Assembly (NCBI RefSeq): GCF_963921235.1
Contig: NC_086097.1
Span: 243,228,001 to 243,292,000, forward strand
DNA from: Mobula hypostoma
Lineage: Eukaryota
DNA: 64,000 nucleotides
Reading direction: 5' to 3'
Shown: piece after piece, positions 52,460 to 64,000 of the stretch
Layout: the number at the start of each line of letters is the position of its first letter
Numbering within the stretch: the first letter of the stretch is position 1
Notes under the pieces: model-generated
Told to the model about the DNA's origin: nothing
Seen by the model: the letters and a program-made list of their open reading frames with translations, nothing else
Databases searched by the model: none
Made by a program: the position numbers and the translations under genes

Positions 52460-53430
52460 AACCATAGAACCATAGGACACTACAGCACAGAAAACAGGCT
52501 ATTCGGCTCTTCTAGTCTGTGCTGAAACATTATTCCACCAGTCCCATTGACCCGCGCCCAGTCCATAACCCTCCAGACCTCTCCCATCCATGTATTTATC
52601 CAATTTATTCTTAAAACTTAAGCCTGAGCCCGCATTTACCACGTCAGATGGCAGCTCGTTCCACACTCCCACCACTCTCTGAGTGAAGACGTTCCCCCTA
52701 ATGTTCCCCCTAAATCTTTCCCCTTTCACCCTATAAGGCCATGTCCTCTCGTATTTACCTCTCCTAATCTGTGGAAAGAGCCTACTCACATTTACTCTGT
52801 CTATATCCCTCATAATTTTGTAAACCTCTATCAAATCTCCCCTGATTCTTCTACGCTCCAAGGAATAAAGTCCTAACCTGTTCAATCTTTCCCTGTAACT
52901 CAACTCCTAAAGACCCCGCAACATCCTAGTAAATCTTCTCTGCACTCTTTCAATCTTACTGATATCCTTCCTATAGTTAAGGTGACCAGAACTGCACACA
53001 GTACTCCAAATTTGGCCTCACCAGTGTCTTATATAACCTTGCCAAAACATCCCAACTCCTATACTCAATACTTTGATTTATGAATGCCAGGATGCCAAAA
53101 GCCTTCTTTACCACCCTGTCCACCTGTGACGCCACTTTCAGGGAATTATGTATCTGAACTCCCAGATCCCTTTGTTCCTCCGCACTCCTCAGTGCCCCTA
53201 CCATTTACTGTGTGTGTCCTACCTTGATTTGTCCTTCCAAAATGCAACACCTCACACTTGTCTGCATTAAATTCCATCTGCCATTTTCTAGTCCATTTTC
53301 CCAGCTGGTCCGGATCCCTCTGAAAGCTTTGAAAGCCTTCCTCACCATCCACAGCACCTCCTATCATAGTGCCATCAGCAAACTTGCTGATCCAATTTTC
53401 CACATTATCATCTAGATCATTGATATAGAC
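52460..53430 (-). mobile_element. CR1 3' fragment
   Basis: ORFs 52499..52903, 52977..53204 and 53146..53460. Confidence 0.9.
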
Positions 53431-54199
53431 AGAAGGGCCAGTTCTGCCCTGTATCTCCAAACAAGAAAAAAAAATAATTCTTTATTCTTTATAATCGTTG
53501 AATGTTGTTTTTATGTTGCATGTAACACAGAGGAAGGTGGTGGCTTATGCTAGTCTCCGTCTCTCTCTCTCTCTCTCTCTCTCCCACTGCTCCTGAAGAA
53601 GGGTGTCTGGGTTCGAGTGGTCTCTCTCTCCCTCGACGCTGTTGGAGGATAGTGCCAGACCACTGGGTCCTGGGCAAGGTTTACTCAACACGGTTTGTGG
53701 ATTGGACTCTAGTTCACGTTATGGTGTGTTTCTGGGCTCTGGTGGCTCCCTTTTTTTGCTGCTATTTTGGCTGATTTTGGTCGGGACAGCCTGCAGATGA
53801 ACTGAGCTGAACTGAATGTGCCTGGACTCCTTCGATTTTGTGTCTTATATTCTGCGTTTTTCGCTCCTTTTCTTCTTTTCGTTTGCCCAATTTATTTTTT
53901 TTTTGTGCTTCTGGCAGGGAGGGGCCACTGTACAGGATTAGAAAAAGCTGCATAAAATTGCAAATTCAGCCAGCTCCATCATGGACTCCAGCCTCCTCGG
54001 TAATCAGAATTAAAATCATGTCTAATATCACCGGCACAGGTCATGAAATTCGTTGTCTTTGCAGCAGCAGTACAATGCAATACATTATAATAGAAGAAAC
54101 TTTAATTACAGTAAGTGTATATACATTAAATAGTTAAATTAAATAAGTAGTTCAAAAATAGAAATGAAAAAGTGGTGAAGTAGTGTTTCTGGGTTCAAT

Positions 54200-54760
54200 G
54201 TCCATTCAGAAATCTGATGGCAGAGGGGAAGAAGCTGTTCCTGTGTTATCGAGTGCATCTGTACCTCCTTCCTGATGGTAGCAAAGAGAGCAAGGTATAA
54301 TCTTGGTATTGGCGGTCCTTAACGATGGACGCCACCTTTTTGCGGCATCACTCCTTGAAGATGTCCTGGATACTATGGAGGCTAGTGCCCATGATGGAGC
54401 TGACAAAGTTTACAACTCTCTGCAGCTTGCTTCAGTCCTCCGCAGTAGCTCCCCCCAACCCCCAGCCTATGCCAGACAGAGATGCAGCCAGTCAGAACAC
54501 TCTCCACGGTACATCTGTAGAAACTTGCGGGTGTCTTTGCTGGCATACCAAATTGAAGGCCACCTTCGAAAGGCAATACCACAAGAAGGTGTCATCCATT
54601 ACTAAGGACCCTCACCATCCAGGATGTGCCATCTTTTCATTACTGCCATCAGAGAGAGAGAGCAGGTACAGAAGCCTGAATACATACACTACATCTCAGG
54701 AACAGTTTTTTCTCCTCTGTCATTAGATTTCTCAATTGTCTATGAACCTATGAACACTAC
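54200..54760. mobile_element. Rex1/Babar-like 3' fragments in opposite orientations
   Basis: Minus FYRCTVESVLTGCISVW (54382..54582); plus SSITKDPHHPGCAIFSLLPS...YRSL. Confidence 0.65.
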
Positions 54761-54902
54761 CACACTTCTTTTTTCACTGATTGAGCAGACTCAATGGTCT
54801 AATTGGTCTAATCCTCCTCCAATGTTTTATAATGTTATGGTCTTATGATGGCTGAGGCCAACGCCCCCGGGTTCAATTACATCCAGAAAAGAATGAACGC
54901 TC

Positions 54903-56005
54903 ATAAAAGTTGCTGGTGAACGCAGCAGGCCAGGCAGCATCTCTAGGGAGAGGTACAGTCGACATTTCAGGCCGAGACCCTTTGTCAGGACTAACTGAAG
55001 GAAGAGCTAGTAAGAGATTTGAAAGTGGGAGGGGGAGGGGGAGATCCAAAATGATAGGAGAAGACAGGAGGGAGAGGGATGGAGCCAAGAGCTGAGCAGG
55101 TGATTGGCAAAAGGGATATGAGAGGATCATGGGACAGGAGGTCCAGGGAGAAAGAAAAGGGGGAGAGGGGGAAGCCCAGAGGATGGGCAAGGGGTATAGT
55201 GAGAGGGAGAGAAAAAGGAGAGAGAGAGAAAAAAAAAAGAATGTGTATATAAATAAATAAATAACGGATGGGGTACAAGGGGGAGGTGGGGCATTAGCGG
55301 AAGTTAGAGAAGTCAATGTTCATGCCATCAGGTTGGAGGCTACCCAGACGGAATATAAGGTGTTGTTCCTCCAACCTGAGTGTGGCTTCATCTTTACAGT
55401 AGAGGAGGTCATGGATAGACATATCAGAATGGGAATGGGATGTGGAATTAAAATGTGTGGCCATTGGGAGATCCTGCCTTCTCTGGCGGACAGAGCGTAG
55501 GTGTTTAGCGAAACGATCTCCCAGTCTGCGTTGGGTCTCGCCAATATATAGAAGGCCGCATCGGGAGCACCAGACGCAGTATATCACCCCAGTCGACTCA
55601 CAGGTGAAGTGTTTTTTTTCTTTCTTTTTTTTCTCTCTCCTTTTTCTTTCTCTGTCCCTCTGACTATACCCCTTTCCCATCCTCTGGGCTTTCCCCCCCT
55701 CCGCCTTTTCTTTCTCCCTGGGCCTCCTGTCCCATGATCCTCTTATATCCCTTTTGCCAATCACCTGTCCAGCTCTTGGCTCTATCCCTCCCCCTCCTGT
55801 CTTCTCCTATCATTTCGGATCTCCCCCTCCCCCTCCCACTTTCAAATCTCTTACTAGCTCTTCCTTCAGTTAGTCCTGACGAAGGGTCTCGGCCTGAAAC
55901 GTCGACTGTACCTCTTCCTAGAGATGCTGCCTGGCCTGCTGCGTTCACCAGCAACTTTTATGTGTGTTGCTTGAAATTCCAGCATCTGCAGATATCCTCG
56001 TCTTT
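54903..56005 (-). mobile_element. Penelope-like element with inverted pLTR (hairpin) flanking a GIY-YIG endonuclease fragment
   Basis: Arms 54903-~55240 and ~55612-55960 are reverse complements; between them minus-strand HFTCESTGVIYCVWCSRCGLLYIGETQRRLGDRF...LGSLQPDGMNIDFSNFR. Confidence 0.92.
55871..55908 (+). ncRNA. Minimal hammerhead ribozyme motif, intact core
   Basis: TAGTC-CTGACGA-AGGGTCTCGGCCT-GAAA-CGTC-GACTG; predicted cleavage after C55903. Mirror copy at 54956-54993 (-) has core CTGACAA. Confidence 0.72.
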
Positions 56006-57564
56006 GCTTTTTTAAGAATGAGTGCTGCAGTCTTTCATGAACTTCAGAGATTCTTTCATGGTGCATTTTGTCTCTCCAACTCTACATGTCAGTGAATGAG
56101 TGGAAAGGGGAATAAATGGTGACTAATAACAACTTGAAAGGTTAACTCAGTTTCTCTTTCCACAGATTGTTATCTGACCTGTTGTCTATTAGCAACGCTT
56201 TCTGTTTTTGTTTCCAATAATGATTCCCTATATTTAGACAGACAGTTTTACAAAGCAGAGGAATGTGCTTCTTTCAAAGCATCAACAGTAATATCAGCAG
56301 CTAGATTTTGGTGAAGGAAATGTACCCTTCTTGAGGAATTACCTGTAGAATATTGAAAGGCCTAAATGGCCTGAAGTGTGGACGATTTAGGTGCCGGACC
56401 AGATTGAAAAAGTCAGCATGCCAGGGCCAAAGGCAAAGGTCAGGCCTGATCAGTTTGCTGCCCTGCGAGATGTACTCGACTCTGAGCTGAGGCTGCAGCC
56501 TGCAACTAACAGGCTTCTGAACTGGCTGCGGTGATTGCTGGCTCACTTTTGTGAACTTCAGTTCTGAATGCTCCTTGCTTACTTTTATTGTTCGTACAAT
56601 TTGGGTTTTTTTTCTGCGTATTGGGTGCTTGATAGTCTTCTTTAGTTTTAATGGGCTCTACTGAGTTTCTTTGTTTTGTAGCCGCCTGTAAGAAGACAAT
56701 TCTCAAGGTTGTATATAGAGTACATACTTTGATAATAAATGTGCTTTGAACTTTGAAGTCTGAGTGGACATGGAGAGGATGCTTCCTATAGTGGGGGAAG
56801 AGAGCACAGCCTCAGGATAGAAGGACATCGCTTTAGAACAGAGGAGAAGGGATTTCTTTAGCCAGAGGGTGGTGAATCTGTGGAATTCATTGCCACAGAC
56901 AGCCGTGGTGGCCAAGGTATTGGGTATATTTAAAGAGGAGGTTGATAAGTTCCAGAATAATCAGGGAGAGAAAAGTTATGGGGAGAAGTCAGGAGATTGG
57001 GGTTATTCTTCAAATTGATGGGCTGATTGGTCTTATGCTGCCCAAGGCCGAGACCTCAGAACTGAGGAAACTGGGAAAAGAATGAATGCTGTGGTATGGA
57101 CCATTGTCAACATCACAATGTAGATGCTATCTGTTATTCTTCATGAAATTGTACAAGAAACAGTCCTGAATCCACAGAGAAGGTGACTCCTTGGGCACGC
57201 ATGAAACTCAGAAGGGCTGTAGACGTGTGCTCAGGCATATATGTTCAGTCAATGTGGACTCAGTAAGCTCAAGGGATCATTTCCCTATTGGCTTTGGTCT
57301 TTCATGTTGCATCCTGTCTCTTTAACTCTACATGTTAATAAACGAGTGCAAAGAGGACTAAATGCTGATTTATAGAAACTTGGAACATTAACTCAGTTTC
57401 TCTTTCCATAGATGCTGTCTGACCTGTTGAATACTTACCACACTCTCTGTTTTTGATTCTAATAAGTATTTCTTATATTTAGACATTTTAGCAGAGGAAG
57501 GTGCTTCTATCAAAGTATCAATAGTACTATCAACAGCTAAGATTTTGGTGAAGAAAACATTTCA

Positions 57565-60005
57565 TAAGACCATAAGACATAAGAGCAGAATTAGGCCATT
57601 TGGCCCATTGAGTCTGCTCCACCATTTCATCATGGCTGATCCAAATTCCCTCTCAGCCCCAATCTCCTGCCTTCTCTCTGTATCCCTTCATGCCCTGACC
57701 AATCGAGGATCTATCAAACTCTGCCTTAAATATACATAGAAACATAGAAACATAGAAAATAGGTGCAGGAGTAGGCCATTCGGCCCTTCGAGCCTGCACC
57801 TCCATTTATTATGATCATGGCTGATCCTCCAACTCAGAACCCCGCCCCAGCCTTCCCTCCATACCCCCTGACCCCTGTAGCCACAAGGGCCATATCTAAC
57901 TCCCTCTTAAATATAGCCAATGAACTGGCCTCAACTGTTTCCTGTGGCAGAGAATTCCACAGATTCACCACTCTCTGTGTGAAGAAGTTTTTCCTAATCT
58001 CGGTCCTAAAAGGCTTCCCCTCTATCCTCAAACTGTGGCCCCTCGTTCTGGACTTCCCCAACATCGGGAACAATCTTCCTGCATCTAGCCTGTCCAATCC
58101 CTTTAGGATCTTATACATTTCAATCAGATCCCCCCTCAATCTTCTAAATTCCAACGAGTACAAGCCCAGTTCATCCAGTCTTTCTTCATATGAAAGTCCT
58201 GCCATCCCAGGAATCAATCTGGTGAACCTTCTTTGTACTCCCTCTATGGCAAGGATGTCTTTCCTCAGATTAGGGGACCAAATCTGCACACAATACTCCA
58301 GGTGTGGTCTCACCAAGGCCTTGTACAACTGCAGTAGTACCTCCCTGCTCCTGTACTGGAATCCTCTCACTATAAATGCCAGCATACCATTCGCCTTTTT
58401 CACCGCCTGCTGTACCTGCATGCCCACTTTCAATGACTGGTGTATAATGACACCCAGGTCTCGTTGCACCTCCCCTTTTCCTAATCGGTCACCATTCAGA
58501 TAATAATCTGTTTTCCTATTTTTGCCACCAAAGTGGATAACTTCACATTTATCCACATTAAATTGCATCTGCCATGAATTTGCCCACTCACCCAACCTAT
58601 CCAAGTCACCCTGCATCCTCTTAGCATCCTCCTCACAGCTAACACTGCCACCCAGCTTCGTGTCATCCGCAAACTTGGAGATGCTGCATTTAATTCCCTC
58701 ATCCAAGTCATTAATATATATTGTAAACAACTGGGGTCCCAGCACTGAGCCTTGCGGTACCCCACTAGTCACCGCCTGCCATTCTGAAAAGGTCCCGTTT
58801 ATTCCCATTCTTTGCTTCCTGTCTGCTAACCAATTCTCCACCCACACCAATACCTTACCCCCAATACCGTGTGCTTTAAGTTTGCACACTAATCTCCTGT
58901 GTGGGACCTTGTCAAAAGCCTTTTGAAAATCCAAATATACCACATCCACTGGTTCTCCCCTATCCACTATACTAGTTACGTCCTCAAAAAATTCTATGAG
59001 ATTCGTCAGACATGATTTTCCTTTCACAAATCCATGCTGACTTTGTCTGATCATTTCACCGCTTTCCAAATGTGCTGTTATCACATCCTTGATAACTGAC
59101 TCCAGCAGTTTCCCCACCACCGACGTTAGGCTAACCGGTCTATAATTCCCCAGTTTCTCTCTCCCTCCTTTTTTAAGAAGTGGAGTTACATTAGCCACCC
59201 TCCAATCCTCAGGAACAAGTCGAGAATCTAACGAGTTTTGAAAAATTATCACTAATGCATCCACTATTTCTTGGGCTACTTCCTTAAGCACTCTGGGATG
59301 CAGACCATCTGGCCCTGGGGATTTATCTGCCTTCAATCCCTTCAATTTACCTAACACCACTTCCCTACTAACATGTATTTCGCTCAGTTCCTCCATCTCA
59401 CTGGACCCTCTGTCCCCTACTATTTCTGGAAGATTATTTATGTCCTCCTTAGTGAAGACAGAACCAAAGTAATTATTCAATTGGTCTGCCATGTCCTTGC
59501 TCCCCATAATCAATTCACCTGTTTCTGACATAAAGACTTGACCTCTACAGTTGCCTGTGGCAAAGAAGTCCACAGATTCATCACTCTCTGTCTAAAGAAA
59601 TTCCTCCTCATCTCCATTCTAAAAGGGCGCCCCTCTATTCTGAGGTTGTTTCCTTTGGTGTTAGACTCTCCCACCATAGGAAACATCCTCTCCACATCCA
59701 CTCTATCAAGGCCTTTCACCATTCGATAGGTTTCAATGATCATCCCTCATTCTTCTGAATTCTAGTGAATACAGACCCAGAGCCATCAAGCACTCTTCAT
59801 ATGACAAGCCATTTAATCCTGGAATAATTTTCGTGAACCTTCTTTTAACCCTCTCCAGTTTCAGCACATCTTTTCTAAGATAAGGAGCCTAAAACTGCTC
59901 ACAATACTCCAAGTGAGGCCCCACCAGCGCTTTGTAAAGTCTCAACATTACATCCTTGCTTTTATAGTCTAGTCCTCTTGAAATGAATGCTAACATCACA
60001 TTTGC
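57565..60005 (-). mobile_element. Older CR1 3' fragment split by a young CR1
   Basis: ctgccttaaatatacata (57721-57738) resumes as acataaagacttgacc (59528 onward); ORF 59510..59743. Confidence 0.85.
57735..59527 (-). mobile_element. Young CR1 LINE, 5'-truncated, open RT frame
   Basis: ORF 57834..59573 near-identical to 48234..50789 from ETGELIMG onward; (CATAGAAA)n at the left end. Confidence 0.95.
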
Positions 60006-60528
60006 CTTGGAACGTTAACTCAGTTTCTCTTTCCACAGATGCTATCTGACCTGTTGAATATTTTCCTCACTTTCTGTTATTGTTCCCAAGGAATATTTAG
60101 ATACATACTTTTATAAAGCAGAGGAGGTAATACCAACAGCTAAGAAGGAAATGTTCCTTCCCTGTAGAATTGCCCATCGAATATGGCAAGGTCTAGATTA
60201 CCCAAGGTTGTGGAAAATTTAAGCACTGTACTTGATTGAAAAGTTCAGTGTATTGGGGTAGGAGACTTTGAACTTTGAATTTTGAGATGACGTGGTGAGG
60301 GTGTTTGCTACAGTGGGGGAATCTTGGACCAGAGGGCACATCCTCAGAATATAAGGATGTCCTTTTAGAACAGAGAGGAGAAACACTTTCTTCAATGAGA
60401 TAGTGGTGAATCTGTGGAATTCATTGCCTGTGAAGGCCAAGTCATTGGGCATATCTAAAGTGGAGGTTGATAGGTTCTTAATTAGTCAAGGGGTGAAAGG
60501 TTACGGGGTGAAGGCAGGAAAATGGGGT

Positions 60529-63059
60529 TAGTCCGAGTCAGGACCCCAAATTTGGGCCACTGATACCATCTGGGGGGGGGGATAACTTTTATAGTGACTT
60601 TTGGCGAGGTATACACCCCTAGTGCTAGAAAATATATGATAGCATTGCAGTGGTGGTAGCCATGACATGTGGTCAACATAAACCACCAAAGCACCTTCTA
60701 CTTCCTTATGCAGTAAAAACGCTGACGGGTGACACTGAGCTCATCCAAACGCTGAACAGGCCTGGGCATGGGGTGTCTTACACCCAACTTGAAGAGAACC
60801 TCACTGATCTGTGTCTCCAAAAGCTAGCAACAGCCTCCAACCAGAGAGTTGTACTTCCAGCCTCCGTCAAGCCTGATGTCTTCACCACTCTTGCATGGGA
60901 CAGTATCGATAGACTTGAGGAAACTCTCACTGGAAAGGGTACATCATGCAGAGTCGATGGCATAGTGGTACAGGCCAATGTCTATGGACCACACCTGCCA
61001 AGAGCTGAGCTTCCACACATTGAGAAACTGAAGCAGAGATCAGACACCATTGAGGACCAAGAACTGGAAGTATATGTAGCAGGTGCACATGTGGGCCCAC
61101 AGCCTCTCCCAACCAGGGAACACTGTGTCCAGGAAACCAAGGAGCTGCTCTTCTTGCCTGCAAGAGGAACCTGGTGTGGACACTTGCAAGGCAAACAGAT
61201 CCAGAGAATCAGACAATCCCAAGCTGGACTGGTTTTAATATCAGCACCAGGGATCAAGGACCAATCTCACAAGGTATTGTTGGGTATCTGCCAACCATCA
61301 ATTCACCAGCCACAGAGTTGACCACAGTATTTGAAATCCTGAACCAATCAGAGCTAATCAGGAAGGAACTTCATCTAGAAACAACTGTGGTAGTCGTGGA
61401 TCAAGCACTCTATGCAAAAGCCACTGAAATTGCCTGGAAACACAAAGAGTGCTTCTCCTACATTCTTCTCAGGATGGGGACATTCCATACCTTATGTAAT
61501 GCCTTCGCCATCCTAGGAAAGCGATTTCCGGATGCTGGTCTAAAGGATGTATACATAGCGGCTGGAATTGTCGCAGAGGGGTCCATCGATGGAGTCCTTG
61601 ATGGTAAACACTACAATCATGCTGTCAGGGTCCACAAGTACATCTATGATGCACTGATGAGACTCGCATGGGCAGAGTTCACACCATGGATTGAGGACAA
61701 CGTTCCAGAGAAGAGTGGGATGATCAAATCATTCTTAGACCATGTGAACGACATGTCCAGTGGCTTGAACCAACAGAAGTTGAACAATCTGCTGCAAAGT
61801 CCACTCTTAGCTGAGCTGATAACCCTGTGGACAGACTTTCTGGAACACCTCCGTCACAACAATGGAGAGCTATCCGCATTCTGCATATCATACCTTGACA
61901 CGGTAGAGAACATAGTTCTTGGGCTTCTGCACTCCTCTCGTGAGGGGGACAGCGAGCCAGCTAGCAGGCTGCTATATGGAGAAGATGTCTGGAGAAGGAC
62001 CCACAAGTGCCAAGCCCTGTTGGCAGAGGATGGAAGATGGAGAGAGAAGAGGAAGCTGAACTGTTGGTGGCGCACTGGATGGAAGGCTGCAAGAACCCGA
62101 GGCTGTCCTGGATCTACTGGCCTGTAACTGTCTAAAAAAATATTCACTCCCAAGATGTATGTGTGTTGCAAATGGCCTCAGATGTACTGACATGTGTAGA
62201 CTGGCAGACTGTGAGAACCAGGCATCCACCTCAGAGAGTGTGGAAAGTTCAGATAAAGATGTGGAAGATTATTAATAGGTTATGAAGGTATGGAAAACAA
62301 TGTTAGGAAAGCAGTCTTTGATTAAGTATATTCATTTTACAACCAAATGCGGCCTAGGTTACCCCACATGTGAATTATTGTACTGTAATTCTGTGCGCTA
62401 TGACAAAAACTTAAGATTGTTTTGATTTGATACAACAATATGGAAAATATCATGACATTGATAAAACTCCAGAAATCTCTCCAAATGAGGTTTTTTTTAC
62501 TTTTTGGGGGGTGGGGGGTAACATTTTCTGCTGTACTGATGTTAATATGGAATATAGACAAAAATGATTATGTATTTGAATTCCTGAATAAATTGTCTAC
62601 AAATCCATGTGATTACATGTGTCCTAAGGTTTTTATTGACTTTTCCAAAATAAACAACAGACAAATATTTTTCTAAAAATGAAATGATTCACTCTCCTGA
62701 AATTGGGCACTGTACTGTGAGTGCCACCAACAACATAGTTTTCAATGTAGAATATTATAGCAACATTTGAAGAAAAGTGCTTGAACTCAGCTATCATTGT
62801 GAGAAATTTCAATGTTGAGGGATCACTAATGACAAAATACCGCTGGGTTGAATATATATGTTGTACTTTATATTGGCCACTTTTCAGAAATGCTGATTTT
62901 AGGGTAGTGTTATAAAATGCATGATAGCACACATAAAGCTACCACTGGTGCAATGCTGTCACATATTTCCTAACTCTGGAGATGTACACCTTGCCAAAAA
63001 TCACTATGAGCATCATTCTCCTCAGATGGTACTGACCAACCCTACTGGCTCACGGATTA
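60529..63059 (+). mobile_element. Academ-like DNA transposon, internally deleted and frameshifted
   Basis: ~130 bp imperfect TIRs (TAGTCCG...CGGATTA), 3-bp TSD GGT inside a CR1 3' UTR, ORFs 60650..61321 and 61174..62127 (LAWDSID, PSWTGFN, VVDQALY, MGTFH, HYNHAVRVH) and a C-terminal Cys cluster CNC..CMC..GLRCTDMC..DCEN. Confidence 0.72.
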
Positions 63060-63159
63060 GGTTGAGAAGGATGATAAATCGGCCATGATTGAATGGCAGA
63101 GCAGATTGGGATTCAGAATCAGGTTTATTATCACCAGCAGGTGTCACTGGTTTGGGGAG

Positions 63160-63592
63160 CATGCCTTACGAGTATAGATTGAGTGAACTTAGTCTTTTCT
63201 CCTTGGACCGACAGGGGATGAGAGGTGACCTGGTAGAGGTGTATAAGATGATGAGAGGAATTGATCGTGTCGATAGTCAGAGGCTTCTTTCGAGGGCTGA
63301 GATGGCTATCATGAGAAGACACAATTTTAAGGTGCTTGGAAGGAGATACAGACGAGTTGTCAGGGGTAAGTTTTTTATGCAGAGTGGTGAGTGCGTGGAG
63401 TGGGCTGCCGGCGACAGTGGTGGAGGCAGATGTGATAAGGTCTTTTAAGAGACTCCTGGACAGGTACATGGAGCTTAGAAAAATAGAGGGCTATGGGTAA
63501 CCCTAGGTAATTTCTAAAGTAAATGCATGTTCAGCACAGCATTGTGGGCCAAAGGGCCTGTATTGTGTTGTAGGTTTTCTATGTTTCTATGT
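63160..63592 (+). mobile_element. CR1 3' fragment
   Basis: ORF 63089..63448 YEYRLSELSLFSL...RGDLVEVYKMMRGIDRV; tttctatg tail. Confidence 0.88.
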
Positions 63593-64000
63593 GTTGTGAA
63601 ATTTGTTAACTTAGCAGCAGTAGTTCAATGCAATACATAATATAGAAGAGAAAAAGTAAAAATATATAAATAAAGCAAATCAATTAGAATATACGTATGA
63701 AAAACTCTGCTTCCGTCAGCTGCGTAAGTCTAGGGAACACAATCTCTGGCCCCGGCAAACATGTGAGATTTGAGGTGCAAAACCCCCAAACCCCCGTTTG
63801 TGTGGAAGCTGCGTGATTCGTTACCCTGTTACAAATAAGTGTCGCGAAATAACAGACGGTACACCCCATACAATTAAACAAGTTAGCTTTATAATTCTTA
63901 ATTTGACTAAAGGGTTAGTAAAGAAATAGCAAAAAAAAAGAAAAGGGCCCATTTTAATGAAACGGTCTAATGTGCACAAGTTGGAGCTCGTTTCCCCTTG

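Noticed and set aside
63690..64000. Possible LTR at the window edge
   Set aside because: No clear terminus or TSD visible inside the window.

Overview
Repeat-dominated, non-genic or intronic vertebrate DNA; the repeat spectrum (CR1 LINEs with (TTTCTATG)n tails, V-SINE-like elements, Neptune-type Penelope elements, Rex1/Babar fragments) suggests a cartilaginous fish, probably a ray (inference). No host gene could be identified; only weak candidate exons occur in small unique islands (5.8-6.6 kb, 13.1-13.5 kb). Most long ORFs are CR1 ORF2 or its antisense shadow. Main content: five copies of one young CR1 family (one with 851 uninterrupted codons); a three-level nest CR1>L1-like(-)>L1-like(+) with target-site duplications (TSDs); a Tc1 element carrying five insertions, including a solo LTR; a second solo LTR; a mariner-type fold-back MITE; a 28S rRNA fragment split by an RTE-like element; Penelope pseudo-LTRs carrying minimal hammerhead-ribozyme motifs, including a ~1.1 kb hairpin copy; an internally deleted Academ-like DNA transposon with ~130 bp TIRs and a 3-bp TSD; and an old local triplication at 56-60 kb. 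I see no convincing new biological system. The best leads are the hammerhead-bearing Penelope family and the Academ-like element, both instances of known classes. Boundaries without a TSD are approximate.
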